Positions 36,115-41,740 of a DNA stretch of 41,740 nt are shown in pieces (the stretch's first letter is position 1; the number at the start of each line of letters is the position of its first letter). The stretch lies in contig NW_021835241.1 in assembly GCF_006345805.1 (NCBI RefSeq), forward strand, positions 1 through 41,740. The letters are read 5' to 3'. The notes below the pieces were generated by a model. The model had not been told where the DNA came from and searched no databases. It saw nothing but the letters and a program-made list of their open reading frames with translations. A program made the translations under genes and the position numbers. This DNA is from Octopus sinensis. Taxonomy: Eukaryota.

Positions 36115-36306
36115 TTGTCCTCCTAGCATTGCTTGACAACCGATGCTGGTGTATTTACGTCCCCGTTACTTAGCGGTTTGGCAAAAGAGACCGATAGAAT
36201 AAGTGCTGGGCTTACAAAAGAATAAGTTCCGGGGTCGAATTGCTTGATGAAAGGCGGTGCTCCAGCATGGCCGCAGTCAAATGACTGAAACAAGTAAAAG
36301 AGTAAA
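35919..36306 (+). mobile_element. Full-length SINE family A
   Basis: Colinear and highly similar to 9300-9699 along its whole length. Confidence 0.93.
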
Positions 36307-36504
36307 GTGTAAGAGAGAGAATAAAAAAAAAACTCGTAACCAGAAATGAAATGTTTGGAATAATTTTCATGCTTTTAGATAAAATTATAAATGAAACAAT
36401 TATATACTGATTGTATGAAAAGCATTATAACTAAATGTATGTTTATTTGCCTTTGCGTGGGTAATAATGAAGGAAACCAAAATCTTTATTTCGAAAGTCT
36501 TAGG

Positions 36505-36792
36505 AATGTTTCCAGAGGTGAATTATTCAAAACCCAAAGGATCCCTCTCAACACATGGCTATGATGCTCCCCCACTACTTCTACTCATGATCAGAGATGC
36601 ACATATCGTCAGCCACTAAGGGACATGCTCAACTGGTTAAGGTCAAACAACCGACAAGCAAATCTGTGGTATTTAGCAGAATATTTGCTGTAGCCCATCT
36701 TTTATATCGAAACAAAACAATGTACATGATAACACTTCCAATCAGTTAAAAGCAGAAGCCACGAGAGCCACTGCCTGGTACTGTATCAGGCC

Positions 36793-36793
<1 letters not shown>
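36505..36793 (-). mobile_element. Partial copy of the (AAT)n-flanked non-coding element
   Basis: Homologous to ~3800-4062; abuts (ATT)n at 36796-36825. Confidence 0.8.
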
Positions 36794-36825
<32 letters not shown>

Positions 36826-36826
<1 letters not shown>

Positions 36827-37146
36827 TCTTTATCACAGGTTTTGTTGGAGCTCCTAGAGTCTTGCATGCGTATCAGACTTACTACCTGCAGCCCACGATA
36901 CTATGTTTTTCGCCATTTACACCTATCTAATATTTTCCTGAGTATTCTGGCCATGTCAAGGTAGCGAACCTTTAGTAACAGTTCTACTGGGTACTCTATT
37001 CCAATTTCCTTTATATTCCTCTCGATGTCTTCTGATACTGTTGCCGAGGACCCAACATTAATTGACACTATCGTCATCTTCATTTTTCCATAACCGAGCT
37101 AATTCGTACTTAAGAGAGTTGTATCTATCTATCTATCTTCTCTATA

Positions 37147-37237
<91 letters not shown>

Positions 37238-38560
37238 TTTTTCGCCTTTGTCCTTCACTATTCGTGAGTCAAAGAATGATGCTTTCTGATACTGTTCCCA
37301 AGGACACAACAATCTTCGCATTCTTCATTTACCATAGCCGTACGCAAGATGGTTCTACTTATCTATCTTTCCGTATTATTTCTTGACTATTCGTGTGTCA
37401 AAAGGGCATGCAACGTCAAATATATAACATATGTGGTGCACCCTATCCACCCCCACAGGGTCTTGTCTGTCATGCTCTATCACATGATCAGTTTGGTTTT
37501 TGCTAGTTTCAGACGCTGCCAATCTCTGCTGTTTCTGCGCATACCACGTTTTGCCTCTAGTTCCTTACTTTTCGTACAGTTTCCAGTGGAGCACTTTTGC
37601 TGCCTGGTCGTTTCGCATTCGTTCATGATATGGTCAATGGTTTCATCCACCCTATTGCAGATGCGGCACAGCGGAGACACTTGCTGATTCCTATGGTTGA
37701 CCCTCCATTTCGTAGCCAAAACTTGGTCTTGCGCTGCCAGTATAGTGATCTCGCTCGCTTTTTTAGCGTTCATTCATCAGCCAGTCCCACATATTCTTCC
37801 AGCATCTTCTGTTGTAGCTACATGGAATTGAACTTGTAGTCCCTGATTGCGTAATGCTTCTTCATATCCTTTTTGTCCTTCTTCCTTTGTTTTCCCTTCT
37901 TTGTCTGCTCTCACTACTCTCTCGTCCCTGACTGACACTAGCGAGATTTCAATACTTTGGGCTAGGTATCCCATTATCCTCGCGGGTACGATACACATAC
38001 ATTTTTCCACACTTATCAGTACCCTTCCTCCATTTGCTCTCTTCATGTATAGGCGACCACGGTCTGCACGTAGATGATGGGCTCCATGCATTCTTTGTAA
38101 CTTTCTTGACATTCTGTCCATCTTCTTTAGCTCCTCCTCTGTCCACTTCAGGATTCCAGTACCATACTGAACTACTGCGATTGCGCGAGAGTTTATTACC
38201 GAAATTATGTTTCTTGCATTCTGCTTTGAAGTCAATATTTTCTCACTCGCCATAGGTACTCTCTTTTTGTTTTTTCCTCCATGTCGTGGTTTTTGACTCA
38301 ATCTGTCTCAATTATTCCTACATATTTATAACTGGACTGAATTTGAAATGCCTTCATCACTTCACCACTCGGCAAACATATGCCTTCTGTCCTGGCAAGC
38401 TGTCCTCGTCTCATTAACATCGTAGCTTATTTTCAGAGTCGAAACTCCATCCTAATATCATTGGAGAAAATCCGCATAGACAAGACTAGGCTGCCTAGGT
38501 CTGCCTAGGTTTGTCTTTTTCACAGCCAGGATAATCAGGTAAGTATTAGATAGTTGAAAG
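36826..38560 (-). mobile_element. Dong/R4-like RLE-type LINE relic (RT end, CCHC knuckle, PD-(D/E)xK endonuclease, (TAA)n tail)
   Basis: NDIRMEF, INSRAIAVVQYGTGILKWT, RLYMKRANGGRVLISVE, ILAAQDQVLAT, CRICNRVDETIDHIMNEC, IFDVACPFDTRI, ARILRKILD, then (TAA)n. Confidence 0.92.
37122..37237. repeat. (CTAT)n / (GATA)n microsatellite inside LINE coding sequence
   Basis: Splits the minus-strand codons E-K-I-D / R-Y-N. Confidence 0.95.
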
Positions 38561-38664
38561 GAACCGACAACATGATGCTGTAGGAGGCGTTTAGCGAGCC
38601 TGCTATCATTCAACACATCAGGAATAAAAAATGAGAAAATTAGTCACTCATTATTATTAGTACA

Positions 38665-38842
38665 ACAGGTGAAACGCTTAGCGATATTTTGTCCGTCTTT
38701 GCGCTCTGAGTTCAAATTCCACCGATGTCGACTTTGCCTTCCATCGTTTCGGGGTTGATAAATTAAGCGCCAGCGCCACACTAGGGTTGATGTAATCTCC
38801 CTTCTCCAAAATTCAAGCCTTGTGCCTTTTGTAGAAAGAATT
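38665..38842 (+). mobile_element. SINE family B
   Basis: GAAACGCTTAGCGATATTT, GAGTTCAAATTCC, GTCGACTTTGCCTTCCATCGTTTCGGGGTTGATAAA, tail GCCTTGTGCCTTTTGTAGAAAG. Confidence 0.85.
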
Positions 38843-38888
38843 ATAATAATAATAATAATTATTATTATTATTATCATTGTTATTATTA

Positions 38889-38965
<77 letters not shown>
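38843..38965. repeat. (ATT)n microsatellite shared as tail by the plus-strand SINE and the minus-strand LINE
   Basis: Direct reading. Confidence 0.95.
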
Positions 38966-39770
38966 TTGATTTTGCGTCGTATTTGTACAAGTTTGCTCCA
39001 AGTCTCATCCAGAAACATCAAAAGACAACAAGTTAAAAGCTCATGTTAGTATTATACCTTGGCTGTCATATATTTGGTTTTGTACATAGTATTGTCCTAG
39101 AGCATATTTTGAAACAAGTTTTAATATCCAGTCCTCAGAGTTTTTCTGGGCCAGTTGTGGCAATCTTCATTGTTAATTGCAGTTGTAAATGTTTATGGCC
39201 TCCCTCTTTTCTTGGCAGATAGAGTCGTTCTGCATCTGCCTTAGTTTGGTGCATTCTATGTATTTTCAACAAATTTCGTATTTTTCTTTCATGATTACAT
39301 AGTTCAGTAATTGACCAGTTAATGATATTGAAACTGTAAGTCACGACTGGTATCGCTAAGTTATTGATCTGTTCGATCCTGTTTCTTGCATTCAGCTCTG
39401 TCTTCAGTATTGTTTTAACCCTGCGATGAGATTTTCTTCTGATTCATTTCCTCATTACCGAGTTTTTGATTCCGTCACCTTCAAATACCCCTAGGTATTG
39501 TAGCTCTTCTGTGGTTTTAACTCCTTTATAACATTCTGCTGGCCAAGGTTAACATTAGATGTTTTTGTCAATTCTCCTTTAATAAAGGTAACCTTTGCAG
39601 ATTTATCGAGGCCAGATTGCATCCTAATATCATCACTGAATTGTTTAACAATCGCTAGTAAGCACTGAAGTTGGGCATTTTTTGCAAAGAGCTTTAAATC
39701 ATCCACGTTAATAATGATTTATATATCAAACATTTTATAACTGTACTGTACATTGATACTTCATCTTTTT
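38966..39770 (-). mobile_element. Second Dong/R4-like LINE relic, internally deleted
   Basis: DDLKLFAKN..QLQCLLAIVKQFSDDIRMQSGLDKSAK and TYSFNIINWS...RLYLPRKEGG, then a jump to a short 3' end abutting (AAT)n. Confidence 0.88.
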
Positions 39771-39810
39771 CATTTATATTAGCCAGACTATCTAGAACTT
39801 AAGATGATTA

Positions 39811-39965
39811 AGGCGGCGAACTTGCACAATCGCTAGCATGCCGAGCGAAATGCATGGTAGTGTTTCGTCAGTTGCTACGTTCTGAGTTCAAATACCACCG
39901 AGGTCGATTTTGCTCTCCTCACTTCGGGTTAATAAATTAAGGGGTCGATGTAATCAACGAGTACC
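39811..39965 (+). mobile_element. SINE family B, partial
   Basis: AAGGCGGCGAACTTGCACAATCGCTAGC head, GAGTTCAAATACC, GAGGTCGATTTTGC core. Confidence 0.8.
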
Positions 39966-40589
39966 TTGGTAGAAAGCGTTTTCTCAGATTACGTATAAAT
40001 GTTTTATCCAAAATACATATTAACACAAGGAGGTGAAATTTTCTGAGACTAGCTCTTGCATGTGCTCACATTGCATTGATCTCAAATACGCATTGTGCAC
40101 ACAGCATTACATTCAGCATTTTACATTAGGCTGACTACTTAAACTTTTCTTTCAGCAAAGTATTTCCAGTTGAATATCACATTAATTGTTTGATGGAACG
40201 AGATGTTGAAATGCTATGCCAATACAGAACATAAGCTTAAATTGTGCTTCAGGATCGCTTAGGGAAACAAATGACCTTAAAATATATCACAGAGCTTTAA
40301 GTTCGAGATTGTTCATTACAGGGAAGTTCAGAATGAGAACAGGTAAACGGTTAAAATAATAGTCCTAAGAATCAAGGGAGGGTAATAAAATTCTCTTCCT
40401 TCTGGCCTAGTAATTACTTTTCTATGTTTACAAAGTAATGTCCAATTTCTTCTGTTATGCAGTATGCACTCTTTGTTTTCGCTGTATTTTTCCTATTGCT
40501 TCCTACTTTTACTTAGTGTAAAGCTAAAGTTATGTAAGATTCTCATTGTTGTTCCAGAGAATACTTTATACTGATTTTGCTGCACGAAA

Positions 40590-40657
40590 ATACATATATG
40601 AATATATATATATATATGCATATATGCATATATATATATATATGTGTGTGTGTACGT

Positions 40658-40714
<57 letters not shown>

Positions 40715-40734
40715 CATACATACATATATTATAC

Positions 40735-40768
<34 letters not shown>

Positions 40769-40917
40769 AGATACATATACATATATATGTACATATATGT
40801 ATGCGTATATAAACCAAGGGACAACTGATGAAGGAAATGTTCTTATGTTGCATGTCCCATTTCTCATTTTGTCCACGGTTTTTCATGTCCTGTACCCATA
40901 TATGAATGTATATATAT

Positions 40918-40951
<34 letters not shown>

Positions 40952-41048
40952 GTACATATATGTATGTATATATGCGTATATTTATATATTTATATTATAT
41001 GATCGAATGATCGAACGCCACGCATCTTTTTCGAAGTAAGTTTTATCT

Positions 41049-41080
<32 letters not shown>

Positions 41081-41200
41081 CATACATACACACACACATA
41101 CACACACCACAACACACTAACACACACACGCGCGCGTACATATATATTTATATATTATATATATATATATTATAATATATATATATATATATATAAAAGA
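40590..41200. repeat. (TA)n/(TACA)n/(CA)n microsatellite cluster with small unique islands
   Basis: Direct reading. Confidence 0.9.
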
Positions 41201-41740
41201 TTTGTAACATTTTTTGAAACTTTTATACTTTAAAATTTATTAATTCTCATAGACCTATGTGTGTTGTGTGTGTGTGTGTGTGTGTGTATCTGTGTGCATT
41301 CGCGCATAGGGATGTATACATGTAATTTTTATATGTATCTGTATATGAAATGCTACCCATATAATTATAGTACATGTAACTTTTTTCTTTTTTTTTGTCA
41401 AACGACTTATCAGCAACTACCATGTAAACGCAAAGACAAAAATACTACTTTTGTAACTTTTTAGACATTTAAATTTCACAAAGAGAGCTATGTGTATTCA
41501 AACTTAATTGCATAGTCTATCATAAGAATTTATAATATCCGCTACTTTTATACTGTCTGCTTTCTGACACTGTCACTCCGTTGGTGTTTTGCAGTGTCGA
41601 GATCAGAATTATGAGACGAGATATTTTATTAGTTCATAATAGAATATCGTATTAAAGGAAAAGTCAATAGAACAGCTTTTGTGAGTTCCTTACATGAAAT
41701 TACTCTTCTACACTACAATGACTGTGAATGTGTAAGTGTG

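Noticed and set aside
36821-36840. Dong 3' end (TGTG-ATAAAGAAATA) resembling SINE B tail type 1 (TGTGGGCAATAAAGAAATA)
   Set aside because: Only an 11-nt AT-rich match; insufficient without consensus sequences.

Overview
AT-rich, microsatellite-dense animal genomic DNA, most likely an octopus. That assignment is inferred from the tRNA-derived SINE families and the repeat landscape as I recognise them; no database search was run. There is no convincing host protein-coding gene, rRNA, tRNA gene or CRISPR array. The window is mostly transposon debris: two CR1/L2-group LINE pieces (1-2225 and 6938-7433), three Dong/R4-like RLE-LINE relics on the minus strand, one mariner and one maT/DD37D-like DNA transposon, many copies of two main tRNA-SINE families plus one copy of a third, and many simple repeats. 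Nearly all ORFs in the supplied track are microsatellite translations or antisense to these elements. Most notable observations: (1) the LINE 3' tail and the family-A SINE 3' tail share a two-hairpin motif with compensatory changes; (2) a (GATA)n microsatellite expanded from the codons of a LINE, next to an unexpanded paralogue; (3) several fold-back palindromes, two of them centred on (AT)n; (4) degenerate hammerhead-ribozyme-like motifs in (TA)n-flanked repeats; (5) two weak candidate host exons.
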